Shown: positions 18,741 through 26,457 of the stretch, one piece after another
Layout: every line of letters starts with the position of its first letter
How positions within the stretch are numbered: position 1 is the stretch's first letter
Assembly: GCA_045586015.1 (NCBI GenBank)
Contig: JAZMZP010000013.1
Coordinates: 2,374 to 66,373 of the forward strand
Reading direction: 5' to 3'
Length of the DNA: 64,000 nt
DNA from: Candidatus Nanosyncoccus sp.
GTDB lineage: Bacteria > Patescibacteriota > Saccharimonadia > Saccharimonadales > Saccharimonadaceae
The notes under the pieces: generated by a model
What the model was told of the DNA's origin: nothing
What the model saw: the letters and a program-made list of their open reading frames with translations, nothing else
The model's database searches: none
Made by a program: the position numbers and the translations under genes

Positions 18741-18749
18741 ATTATAACA
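18741..18749 (-). promoter_or_regulatory. extended -10 (TGTTATAAT) exactly 6 nt upstream of the prfB ATG (leaderless architecture)
   Basis: Minus strand reads tgttataat-tttcct-ATGcag; no Shine-Dalgarno is possible. Confidence 0.6.
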
Positions 18750-18776
18750 TAAAAAACCCGCCTTTAAAGGCGGGTT
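18749..18776 (-). terminator. intrinsic terminator of the 18781 gene
   Basis: aacccgcc-tttaaa-ggcgggtt followed by TTTTTT on the minus strand. Confidence 0.7.
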
Positions 18777-18780
18777 AGGG

Positions 18781-19143
18781 TTATTCCCGGATTAGTCTCG
18801 AAATATCATTCCGAATGAATTCTAACCCCTTAAAAATATCTTTAACTCCAGTTTCCTGATTGGTATACGAAACTTTCACTTCGATAATACCAGTTCTCAG
18901 GTCGAGATAACGATATGGGAATAGTCTCTGGTGAGACACCGTTTCAACCGCATTGAAGATGTCTTCCACCATTCTCTTTTCGATATCTTGCTTCACTTTG
19001 AAAAGAAACCTAAATTCGAAGCTAAGCAAAACACCATTACTTATTATCGCGGAGACTTTTACATCCGGGTTCTTATCGTTATTGATATTTACCCATTTTC
19101 TTACCTCTTTTAAGTCTTCCGGTTTCAAAATCATACCACGCAT
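18781..19143 (-). CDS. hypothetical protein (120 aa), orphan island gene A
   Basis: Start moved to the ATG at 19143 (MRGMILKPEDL), preceded by GGAAGGTGGTGA. The ORF-track TTG start at 19209 is the -35 hexamer of its own promoter. Confidence 0.6.
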   Translation of the reverse strand: MRGMILKPEDLKEVRKWVNINNDKNPDVKVSAIISNGVLLSFEFRFLFKVKQDIEKRMVEDIFNAVETVSHQRLFPYRYLDLRTGIIEVKVSYTNQETGVKDIFKGLEFIRNDISRLIRE

Positions 19144-19180
19144 CAACTCACCACCTTCCTTAAAGCGCGTATGTCCTCTA

Positions 19181-19209
19181 ATTATAGCATACTTTACTAA
19201 AAAAGTCAA
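19181..19209 (-). promoter_or_regulatory. sigma70-type promoter TTGACT-17-TATAAT (copy 1 of a repeated promoter sequence)
   Basis: Minus strand reads ttgacttttttagtaaagtatgctataat. Confidence 0.65.
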
Positions 19210-19218
19210 AATCCCATA

Positions 19219-19240
19219 GAAAAGCCCCTTTCGGGGCTTA
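19219..19240 (-). terminator. intrinsic terminator of gene B
   Basis: aagcccc-tttc-ggggctt; the minus strand continues TTTTCT. Confidence 0.6.
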
Positions 19241-19242
19241 AT

Positions 19243-19494
19243 CTATTGTGTGAGATGCCAGGAAAGATTCCCCGAGTCGAACTCGAGTCGTTTCGTTTCC
19301 CGACCAACAAGCACATCGAAGATATGTAACGCGACTCCTCCGACGAACCGGATTTGGGTTCGGAGCAGTTCCGTTACCTCGGTTTCGCTCTCCCCTTGCC
19401 GCCTAAAAGAAAGTGGCTGGCAGGGTGTCATCTCGTAACCGAAAAGTGCCATTACTTCGACACGCTCTTTTTGATTTTTATTAAAGTTTTTCAT
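19243..19494 (-). CDS. hypothetical protein (83 aa), orphan island gene B
   Basis: Start set at MKNFNKNQKERVEV, preceded by AGGAG-tctat-ATG. Confidence 0.5.
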   Translation of the reverse strand: MKNFNKNQKERVEVMALFGYEMTPCQPLSFRRQGESETEVTELLRTQIRFVGGVALHIFDVLVGRETKRLEFDSGNLSWHLTQ

Positions 19495-19727
19495 ATAGAC
19501 TCCTAAAATTATTTGATAGAAGTCATCTATGTGAGCCATTTTTCGGCTCATAGCAGAGGGCATAAATGACGATACCCAGAGCCTTAAACTTTTCTCGAAG
19601 CCAGTGACCGAAGTTTAGCTCGAGCAATTTTATTATAACATAGGAGTAGCAATAATTTCTAAAATGGTGTATCATAAAAGCATAAATATATTAGTATACT
19701 ATTAATTTAAAAAATAAGGATAAAAAA

Positions 19728-21716
19728 ATGAAAGAAGCATTACCGAAACGTCCTGCCGGCGGTCGCGAAGATGATTTCGATGATCTCAACGATTGGACAT
19801 TAATGGACATTGCCACGGCACCAAATACTTCCCCAGAAGACAGAGAGAACGCCGAGGCGGAAATCGCGAGACGCGAAAAAGCGGGAACTTTTGACCCAGA
19901 TAATGCTTCCCAAGACGTTTTTTCTGACCTCACTTCACACGGCTACGATCTAGGTGACGGAAAAATTCTTTATCCGAAGTCAGAATACAAATCTTGGCTA
20001 AAATCCGATCGTAGTACACCGATTCCTACAGGTATAGTTCGCGAATCCATCGAAGAAAGATTGGCAGACGAAGAGCGTTCAAGGGACCTTGACCGGGCTA
20101 CTGGTAAAATAGCCATGCAGGCTTCTGAGGACAAATACGAAGCCGAATACGGAGCCGAATACGGAGCCGAATACGGAGGAATAGAAAAAATTAACCATCC
20201 AACCAGGGTTGTTTCAGCAAATGACGAAAGAAAGAGAGAATATAGAGCCAATGAAAAAGCGCGGGATATTGAAATAAATGAGCAGCGCAATTTAAAAGAA
20301 TCGAATAAATACGAGAACCCCTTCTTCGGTCCCGCTAAAAAAGCTGCCGCCGAAAAGGAAGCAAATTTGCCTATTTATGAAGAGGTTGAAGAACAACTGC
20401 CAAAATCGCCTGAAGCCCGAGCCAGAAGACTATACAACTATTACGAAAGACCGTTCAAGGCTAACGCCTCTGAATGGGTTTCTTTTGGCGTTTCTAACTT
20501 ACTGGAAAAAGGCATCGTAGACCCATCAACTAGTTTATTGCTCCATTCCGGCTTTGGGTCGCGCGAGGAAGGAATGATTCATGAATACATTGACCCAGAT
20601 AATAGTCTAAGTACAGAAACTATCAATGCCGAAGCTGAATTAAAAACCCGCGTAACAAGAGACCTAATAGACAAAAGAAGCGAAGAAATTTCTGAAGAAA
20701 CATTGCGTGCCGCAAAATATGACGGCTCACTTCGTGCATTGGCTACTGGCGCTAGAGTCGAAAACTACGACGGCGAAGATGTCGTTTTCTATTCTATACC
20801 GGTCAAACAAGGTGAAGAAGTCCGCGAGTTCATGGAGGATGTCGGGATAAGTTTTGAATACGACGAAGAAAACAAAGCTCTTGCCGCATCATTCCAAGGT
20901 TTTGCTAACATCATCGAAGCTATTAAAAATAACGACAAAGAAACCGAAAAAGCCTTCCAGGTGCTCGATTGGTATTATGACAATTTTCACTATAAGAAAC
21001 ATTTAAGCAGTTTTCTTGGCACCATGGATTCATTCCAAGAGAAAGCCGATGTCGCTTGGATGGCTAAATTCGAAGAATATTGTAAACATCGCGAAGAAAT
21101 CGAAAAATACTACGAAGAGTTAGAAAAAAAAGAAAAAGTTCCAGAATTTGAAAGTATCAAAGAAATATCGGAAGAAGATTTAGAAAAGTTATATCAAGAT
21201 CTTCTCGGCAATATCGTTCCCATTGACTCTAATTCTAATCCTTTCTTGTTCCCAGACAAAGAACTATTCCCACCTGTGAACAGCACGGGTTCAGTACCTC
21301 CAGTCAATCGGCCTCCTATTGCTGCTGATAAATTATATGCAATAATTAAGGAATACGGCAACATCAAATTATCAGATCCTTATCTCAATGTTTACCGTGC
21401 CGTAACTAAAGACAGGAAACAATATATTGTTATTCGATTTGGTATTCGAAATAGTAATATTGCAATAGTTGCCCCAATCACCGAAAAAACCAATGATGCT
21501 TCTTATGTCTGGATAGAGCAAGACGGCAATAATCGTGATGCCTGGATGTATGACTTTCTTGAAAACAGCCAAAATCCAAATCCAATCAGTAAATATCGAG
21601 CACATCATAACGAAAAAATTAAAGCACACAATCACATAGCTGCACCTAAACAGGGGCTCAAGCCCGTGGACAATATGTGGCGCAATATTTACAAAGATAT
21701 TGATAAAAGAGCTTAA
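19728..21716 (+). CDS. hypothetical protein (662 aa), acidic, no recognisable domain; orphan island gene C
   Basis: Long ORF preceded by AAGGA. Contains a 12-nt x3 tandem repeat encoding AEYGAEYGAEYG (~20140-20180). Confidence 0.8.
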   Translation: MKEALPKRPAGGREDDFDDLNDWTLMDIATAPNTSPEDRENAEAEIARREKAGTFDPDNASQDVFSDLTSHGYDLGDGKILYPKSEYKSWLKSDRSTPIPTGIVRESIEERLADEERSRDLDRATGKIAMQASEDKYEAEYGAEYGAEYGGIEKINHPTRVVSANDERKREYRANEKARDIEINEQRNLKESNKYENPFFGPAKKAAAEKEANLPIYEEVEEQLPKSPEARARRLYNYYERPFKANASEWVSFGVSNLLEKGIVDPSTSLLLHSGFGSREEGMIHEYIDPDNSLSTETINAEAELKTRVTRDLIDKRSEEISEETLRAAKYDGSLRALATGARVENYDGEDVVFYSIPVKQGEEVREFMEDVGISFEYDEENKALAASFQGFANIIEAIKNNDKETEKAFQVLDWYYDNFHYKKHLSSFLGTMDSFQEKADVAWMAKFEEYCKHREEIEKYYEELEKKEKVPEFESIKEISEEDLEKLYQDLLGNIVPIDSNSNPFLFPDKELFPPVNSTGSVPPVNRPPIAADKLYAIIKEYGNIKLSDPYLNVYRAVTKDRKQYIVIRFGIRNSNIAIVAPITEKTNDASYVWIEQDGNNRDAWMYDFLENSQNPNPISKYRAHHNEKIKAHNHIAAPKQGLKPVDNMWRNIYKDIDKRA

Positions 21717-21720
21717 AAAG

Positions 21721-21742
21721 CGGCCCACCTTTAGGTGGGCCG
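21721..21742. terminator. hairpin terminator shared by convergent genes C and D
   Basis: cggcccacc-ttta-ggtgggccg, with an A-run on one side and the T-run on the minus strand. Confidence 0.65.
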
Positions 21743-21748
21743 AACTAG

Positions 21749-22012
21749 CTAATCAAGCCAGAAAGGTTTTAGTCCGGTAGTGGCCTCGTAGACTAATTCA
21801 TTCGTACTGTCCGGAAGACTACCGTTCCTGTTTAATAGTCCTAACCTTATTAATTTCTTTTTTATCTCTGGGTCAATCTTGTTTGTGAATAATTCGCAAA
21901 AATTGCAAAGTTGCACATACGCTACAGGATCTTCCCAGAACAAATTATCGAGAACGACACCAAGACGTTCTTTTTCTATTTCCTTCCTCTCTTTCTCGAA
22001 ATCAATTATCAT
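21749..22012 (-). CDS. hypothetical protein (87 aa), orphan island gene D
   Basis: ATG at 22012 preceded by GGGGGTGGA. The ORF track starts 9 nt upstream at a GTG inside that SD. Confidence 0.55.
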   Translation of the reverse strand: MIIDFEKERKEIEKERLGVVLDNLFWEDPVAYVQLCNFCELFTNKIDPEIKKKLIRLGLLNRNGSLPDSTNELVYEATTGLKPFWLD

Positions 22013-22069
22013 GTTTTCCACCCCCTTACTTCTTTAAAAAAGAACCAACCGCTTTTGCGACTCTTCATT

Positions 22070-22098
22070 ATTATAACACGTATGACTAAAAAAGTCAA
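22070..22098 (-). promoter_or_regulatory. sigma70-type promoter TTGACT-17-TATAAT (copy 2)
   Basis: Minus strand reads ttgacttttttagtcatacgtgttataat. Confidence 0.7.
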
Positions 22099-22116
22099 TA
22101 GAAAAATACAAAACTA

Positions 22117-22145
22117 TTGACAAATTAGTAAATCTATGCTAAAAT
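22117..22145 (+). promoter_or_regulatory. sigma70-type promoter TTGACA-17-TAAAAT, back-to-back with the 22070 promoter
   Basis: ttgaca (22117-22122), 17-nt spacer ending tatgc, taaaat (22140-22145). Confidence 0.7.
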
Positions 22146-22154
22146 ATACAAACA

Positions 22155-22170
22155 ATGCCCATTTGGGCAT
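22155..22170 (+). promoter_or_regulatory. 7-2-7 inverted repeat ATGCCCA-TT-TGGGCAT just downstream of the -10 (operator or 5' hairpin candidate)
   Basis: Perfect arms, extendable to acaat...attgt (22152-22177). Sits between the promoter and the SD of gene E. Confidence 0.45.
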
Positions 22171-22202
22171 ATATTGTTCTTTAAGAAGGAGGGGATATAT
22201 GT

Positions 22203-22793
22203 ATGGGTGAAATTATCAACTTCGCAGCTAGAAGGGAGAAGGCACTGCAGAGAGAGCCTTGTCTTAGCCCTATTACGGTGGAGCGAATCCATCCGAAGTA
22301 TGTTAAAATCGGGTTTCATCATGACTGTTTCACGATGCCGTTTCTGGAAAATGGGCTTCGTGGCCTCTCTCATGGCGAAAAACCCATTTGGGAACTTTAC
22401 AAAGCGACCGAGGATGACTCGCCGTACTATTCCTATTATATTAAGTTGAATAGAGACTTGGGAGAAGAAACGGAAGATATTCTGACTACGATTGTCGATA
22501 GAGCTATTAAGAAGTCTTATTTAAAAGAGGTTAGGACCTGGGATATCCGTGTTGATATTTCGGAACTCGCAAAACCGCTCAGCTATCAGCTCGAAGATGG
22601 ATTCAACATTGATAGTCGAACCAAGAGACTTCTTGAGAGCACCGGCATCAAAAACGCTCGAGAGTTATCCGAAATGACAAGAGAGGATCTCTGCGAAATT
22701 CCTGGCATGTCAACAGAAGATATCGCCAGAATAGAGAAGAGTCTTGCTGTCCGTGGAATTTTCTTAAGGACGGCTAAAGTTTCAACAATGTAA
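22203..22793 (+). CDS. hypothetical protein (196 aa) with C-terminal RNA polymerase alpha-subunit CTD-like helix-hairpin-helix domain; orphan island gene E
   Basis: IDSRTKRLLESTGIKNARELSEMTREDLCEIPGMSTEDIARIEKSLAVRGIFL aligns by eye to RpoA CTD [53 protein letters not shown]. GGAGG precedes the ATG. Confidence 0.75.
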   Translation: MGEIINFAARREKALQREPCLSPITVERIHPKYVKIGFHHDCFTMPFLENGLRGLSHGEKPIWELYKATEDDSPYYSYYIKLNRDLGEETEDILTTIVDRAIKKSYLKEVRTWDIRVDISELAKPLSYQLEDGFNIDSRTKRLLESTGIKNARELSEMTREDLCEIPGMSTEDIARIEKSLAVRGIFLRTAKVSTM

Positions 22794-22794
22794 C

Positions 22795-22822
22795 AAAAAG
22801 CCACCAGTATTGGTGGCTTTTT
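22795..22822. terminator. bidirectional intrinsic terminator between genes E and F
   Basis: aaaaa-gccacca-gtat-tggtggc-ttttt. Confidence 0.75.
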
Positions 22823-22832
22823 CTCTTATTAT

Positions 22833-23153
22833 TTATACTACATCTTCTTTGTCATCATCGTTCGCATTATCTATACTCTCTTTATCATTTTCGTTTTCAG
22901 AATCTGGATTCATCGAACTCATTGCGGTCTTCGCCAACTCTGCCTCAGCCTTTTTTAGGAATTCAGCCGTCGCATCCTCAAGTTCTGGGTCTTCCCCTTC
23001 CTTAACGCCTTCGGCTACTTTTGGACCCTCATATTGTTTTTTGGCTCTCGTGTCCTTCTTATCTGTCATGTTTTGGTAATCGACACCATCTAAATCATCC
23101 GGCCCGCGACCATCTCCAAAACCATCGTAATCCGGGGTACGTTCATTTTTCAT
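22833..23153 (-). CDS. hypothetical highly acidic, probably disordered protein (106 aa); orphan island gene F
   Basis: GGAGG 6 nt upstream of the ATG, with its own extended -10 promoter. Confidence 0.6.
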   Translation of the reverse strand: MKNERTPDYDGFGDGRGPDDLDGVDYQNMTDKKDTRAKKQYEGPKVAEGVKEGEDPELEDATAEFLKKAEAELAKTAMSSMNPDSENENDKESIDNANDDDKEDVV

Positions 23154-23184
23154 ATTTTACCTCCATTTAACTGTTATTATTAAG

Positions 23185-23193
23185 ATTATAACA
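23185..23193 (-). promoter_or_regulatory. extended -10 promoter (TGTTATAAT) of gene F
   Basis: Minus strand reads tgttataat followed by a ~31-nt leader with GGAGG. Confidence 0.5.
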
Positions 23194-23198
23194 CATAT

Positions 23199-24512
23199 TT
23201 AATAGGAACTGTGCTCAATTGCTTTAATTCTTTTGTTCTCGAAAACTACCGCTTTGTTTCTAGTTTGCATCTTTCTCAATTCATCACTAGCATCATCGTC
23301 TTCCGCGCATTCAATAAAACTATCTGCCGCAGACATAATCCCATCATAAGTCGGATCATAATGAAAATCATTATCCTTCCTTTTTGGGTCTCTAAACATA
23401 TTCTCCAAAATAATCACCTTTTCCTCTTCGTCTTTTCCATCCAACTCTTTTTTAATATCTTCGGGTAAAATGCCCTTTCTATTCATTGTTTCAATCGTTA
23501 ACTTCGCACTCTTTTTTAGGGCCTCATCAGTCAAATGTTTAATAACTTCAAGCTTCTTCATCGCCAAGACTAAATCTGATCTTTTTTCATAATCCTTCGG
23601 CATCATTTTTATCATCATCTCTGCTTGTTTATTAATCTCGGACAATATTTTAAACTGGGCAAGCACAGTTCTTGGGTCGTCATTCACTACACTTTCGCTT
23701 TTCGGGCTAAACTTTTTTCGTTTTTCGTCATAATCAAAATCATATTGCCTAATCGAATCGGCGATTTCTCCATTAATGCCAATCACGAACCTCGGGATCA
23801 TGCCTATTTTCTTTTTGTCATGTTTACCTGTTTCCTCATTCCTCCAGGGGTTAGTATAAAAATCTAACTGTGAAAAACCAAACGGCAGGGGCTTCTGGAA
23901 TGTGTCATTTTCGTTGTTTGACCTTGAAATTTTTTCCGCAAAATACCGTTTCGCCTGTACCTCCGCAGCCTCTTTTGGCAGCTGTTCATCTTTTTTCCAA
24001 GTAGTAGCATCAATTCCAATTTCAATTTTATTCCCAACGGGCGGGAAACGTTCTCGTACGGTTTTACCGAGAGATAATGTCGCTACAGAATCAATCCTGT
24101 GTCTTTTATCATCAAATTCTCTCGCAGAGCAACAAAAAGCCTTAAAATGAACCTTCCCGTCTTTCGGGAAATTCCCAAGCCACCTCAAATGCGAAATCCC
24201 ATAATTAGTTAATACTTCTAAAACTTCAGCATTTTTTGCATTTTTACTCTTTCCGAATTTCAACAAAGAATCATACTCACTATTTGCGACATGTATTAGC
24301 TTTCCTTCACTCCAGATTTCCCCCCATCCATCATCTTTTAATCTTTGTAGACGTTTCCCGACTTCTGTTTTTCTGTCTGTTAAAGCTGTGCCACCAACTT
24401 TCTTTGTTTTGCCTCTATCTCCGGCCTGTTGTTTATTGTTTACGAAATTATTTTTGTTTTGCCGCTCTTCACGCTCGATATTGCGAAGAGCTAAATCTTC
24501 AACGCTGCTCAT
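23199..24512 (-). CDS. hypothetical protein (437 aa), no recognisable domain; orphan island gene G
   Basis: Long ORF with leaderless-type promoter geometry. Confidence 0.8.
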   Translation of the reverse strand: MSSVEDLALRNIEREERQNKNNFVNNKQQAGDRGKTKKVGGTALTDRKTEVGKRLQRLKDDGWGEIWSEGKLIHVANSEYDSLLKFGKSKNAKNAEVLEVLTNYGISHLRWLGNFPKDGKVHFKAFCCSAREFDDKRHRIDSVATLSLGKTVRERFPPVGNKIEIGIDATTWKKDEQLPKEAAEVQAKRYFAEKISRSNNENDTFQKPLPFGFSQLDFYTNPWRNEETGKHDKKKIGMIPRFVIGINGEIADSIRQYDFDYDEKRKKFSPKSESVVNDDPRTVLAQFKILSEINKQAEMMIKMMPKDYEKRSDLVLAMKKLEVIKHLTDEALKKSAKLTIETMNRKGILPEDIKKELDGKDEEEKVIILENMFRDPKRKDNDFHYDPTYDGIMSAADSFIECAEDDDASDELRKMQTRNKAVVFENKRIKAIEHSSY

Positions 24513-24518
24513 AAGACC

Positions 24519-24527
24519 ATTCTAACA
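24519..24527 (-). promoter_or_regulatory. extended -10 (TGTTAGAAT) exactly 6 nt upstream of the gene G ATG (leaderless architecture)
   Basis: Minus strand reads tgttagaat-ggtctt-ATGagc, immediately after the gene H terminator. Confidence 0.55.
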
Positions 24528-24530
24528 TAA

Positions 24531-24556
24531 AAAGAGCGCCACCTACAAGGTGGCGC
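24531..24556 (-). terminator. intrinsic terminator of gene H
   Basis: gcgccacc-tacaa-ggtggcgc with TCTTTTT on the minus strand. The gene H stop codon lies inside the stem-loop. Confidence 0.75.
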
Positions 24557-24839
24557 GATATGATGGATGTGCATTTAAAAATGCAACCACTTTTTTTACA
24601 GATTCCTCGAGAGAATCTTCTTCGAATCTGTATGCTAAGTTGCACTCCACCCTAATTACCCCGAATAAAAAATCACTTTTGCTCGAGGATAAACGTACAC
24701 TCCAAGCAGTTTGCTCTGAAATATCGTTGAAAAGACTGTCAAGATCATCATAATCAACGTCGAACAAGAGCGGCTCGAAGAAAATATTGAATGTTGATTC
24801 GCTTATTTTTTCCGTTACAATTGGTTTGTCTTCTAACAT
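24543..24839 (-). CDS. hypothetical acidic protein (98 aa); orphan island gene H
   Basis: Start set at MLEDKPIVTEK, preceded by GGGGGGTGA. Confidence 0.6.
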   Translation of the reverse strand: MLEDKPIVTEKISESTFNIFFEPLLFDVDYDDLDSLFNDISEQTAWSVRLSSSKSDFLFGVIRVECNLAYRFEEDSLEESVKKVVAFLNAHPSYRATL

Positions 24840-24873
24840 ACTTTCACCCCCCAAAGTCTAACCAACTCTGTTA

Positions 24874-24902
24874 ATTATAGCACACTTTTATAAAAAAGTC
24901 AA
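24874..24902 (-). promoter_or_regulatory. sigma70-type promoter TTGACT-17-TATAAT (copy 3)
   Basis: Minus strand reads ttgacttttttataaaagtgtgctataat. Confidence 0.7.
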
Positions 24903-24919
24903 TTTTAATTATATAACTA

Positions 24920-24948
24920 TTGACATTTAAAATAAAGTATGCTATAAT
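24920..24948 (+). promoter_or_regulatory. sigma70-type promoter TTGACA-17-TATAAT, back-to-back with the 24874 promoter
   Basis: ttgaca (24920-24925), 17-nt spacer ending tatgc, tataat (24943-24948). Confidence 0.7.
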
Positions 24949-25154
24949 AAGGGCAGCCATTAAGAATAGTTTATCAAGGAGGTGTGTTTCTAATGGCGAA
25001 GATTTACATCGACATCGGTCTCCTTTCCGAGATTAACCCTGCTTAGATGAATGATGCCGGAGTGGGTATCTCCGACTTAAATAAAAACTACCCGAGGGAA
25101 GTTTTTTAAACCTCCCTTTGCCATATTTCAATACAGAAACATAGGAGGAGAACT

Positions 25155-25409
25155 ATGAGTTATGATATTGATGCATGCAAGAATTTAATAGTTGCGTTAG
25201 GCGCAGTTCGTAGCGAAGAATATCGAAAAGCATATCGGAGATACTTGGTCAACAAGACCAAAGCTAATGAAGCCACGCTCAAATACTGGGCGGACATGTT
25301 GAAAGACCCGTTCACGAATTGCACGGATGCAGATCTGAGGACGATTCAGCGACAAGTAGAGGCCGGAATTAATAAAAACTTCAGATACAATCCCAACGAA
25401 ATTTTTTAG
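25155..25409 (+). CDS. hypothetical protein (84 aa); orphan island gene I
   Basis: AGGAGGAG 5 nt upstream of the ATG. Followed by a strong terminator. Confidence 0.6.
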   Translation: MSYDIDACKNLIVALGAVRSEEYRKAYRRYLVNKTKANEATLKYWADMLKDPFTNCTDADLRTIQRQVEAGINKNFRYNPNEIF

Positions 25410-25428
25410 AATTTCAGACTTCGCACTT

Positions 25429-25454
25429 GGCCCAACCACGGTTGGGCCTTTTTT
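25429..25454 (+). terminator. intrinsic terminator of gene I
   Basis: ggcccaac-cacg-gttgggcc-tttttt. Confidence 0.8.
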
Positions 25455-25468
25455 CATGCGCAATATTA

Positions 25469-25477
25469 TGTTATAAT
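25469..25477 (+). promoter_or_regulatory. extended -10 (TGTTATAAT) exactly 6 nt upstream of the dus ATG (leaderless architecture)
   Basis: tgttataat-aaactt-ATGaat. Confidence 0.6.
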
Positions 25478-25483
25478 AAACTT

Positions 25484-26416
25484 ATGAATATCTGGGAAAA
25501 ACTGCCGAGGCCTTTTTTAGTGCTCGCGCCGATGGAAGGCGTGACCGATGTGATTTTTCGTCAAATCGTCGCGAAAGCTGGTCGTCCAGATTTATTTTTT
25601 ACGGAATTTACTAATGTTTCCTCCTATGCCTCCGAAAAAGGTCGCGCGAACGCTCTCGAGCGTCTTGAAATTGCCCCGACCGACTCTCCGATTATTGCTC
25701 AAATCTGGGGCAAAAACCCAGAACACTTTTCAGAATGCGCCAGAGCGCTTGAATCTCTCGGTTTTTCTGGTATTGATTTAAATTTCGGTTGTCCCGACAA
25801 ACATGTCAACAAAACTGGCGGTGGCGCCGCGATGATTAAAACTCCTGACCTCGCCGTTGAATGCTTTAGGAACGCGAAAAAATCCACCAATCTCCCAGTC
25901 TCGATTAAAACTCGACTCGGATGGTCTAGCCCAGATGAGTTTAAAACCTGGCTTCCGACTCTTCTAAATGAACATCCTGCCGCTCTTACAATCCATCTTC
26001 GAACGAAAAAAGAAATGTCAAAAGTCCCAGCCCACTACGAACTCATCCCTGAAATTATCGAACTATGCAACCAGATTAGCCCCGAAACAAAGCTAATTGT
26101 TAACGGAGACATTAAAACAAAAGCCCATGCGCTTGAATTATACGAAAAATACCCCGAAGTTGACGGTTTTATGATTGGTCGCGGCGTCTTCGAAAACCCT
26201 TATTGTTTTACTTCTCACACCCCTTCTCGCGAGGAATTGATGGAGCTTTTGAAATTACACTTAAAACTATTCGAAGAATATCAATTTCACTCTTATGAGC
26301 CTCTAAAGCATTTCTTTAAAATCTATATCAATAATTTCCCCGGCGCTAAAGAATTGCGAGCAAAACTAATGGAGACTCATTCTGTCTCCGAAGCCCGTAA
26401 GATATTGACTTTTTAA
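25484..26416 (+). CDS. dus: tRNA-dihydrouridine synthase
   Basis: LAPMEGVTDVIFRQI...IAQIWG...GIDLNFGCP TIM-barrel Dus motifs. Start at MNIWEKLPRPF. Confidence 0.88.
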   Translation: MNIWEKLPRPFLVLAPMEGVTDVIFRQIVAKAGRPDLFFTEFTNVSSYASEKGRANALERLEIAPTDSPIIAQIWGKNPEHFSECARALESLGFSGIDLNFGCPDKHVNKTGGGAAMIKTPDLAVECFRNAKKSTNLPVSIKTRLGWSSPDEFKTWLPTLLNEHPAALTIHLRTKKEMSKVPAHYELIPEIIELCNQISPETKLIVNGDIKTKAHALELYEKYPEVDGFMIGRGVFENPYCFTSHTPSREELMELLKLHLKLFEEYQFHSYEPLKHFFKIYINNFPGAKELRAKLMETHSVSEARKILTF

Positions 26417-26457
26417 AAGAGAACGAGGCGTCAATCTCGGACAAACGAAAGGACTAC

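Noticed and set aside
18781-19209. The ORF-track start (TTG at 19209) giving a 142-aa protein. Similar N-terminally extended track starts occur at 9114, 11455, 11739, 19563, 22021, 24854, 25427, 27071, 44920 and 45462.
   Set aside because: The extensions run through promoter hexamers or SD sequences (TTG 19209 is the TTGACT -35 box). Internal ATGs have proper SDs or leaderless geometry and match the conserved N-termini of the families.
19564-19727. Intergenic regions of 90 nt or more (also 2892-3351, 17520-17663, 24840-25154, 56399-56528) inspected for tRNA, tmRNA, SRP or RNase P RNA genes.
   Set aside because: I found no cloverleaf-compatible arms or GTTCRANYC T-loop box, and no conserved SRP or RNase P motifs. 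Visual inspection is weak here; tRNAscan-SE or Infernal should be run.
20140-20180. 12-nt x3 tandem repeat (gccgaatacgga) in island gene C as a possible phase-variation site.
   Set aside because: The unit is a multiple of 3, so copy changes keep the frame. It is too short and too few copies to call a contingency locus.
18781-25409. Calling the orphan island a prophage or integrative element.
   Set aside because: No integrase, recombinase, capsid, terminase or portal-like proteins, flanking direct repeats or tRNA attachment site are visible. The promoter style is shared with housekeeping genes in the window. It is reported as an unexplained island, not as a mobile element.
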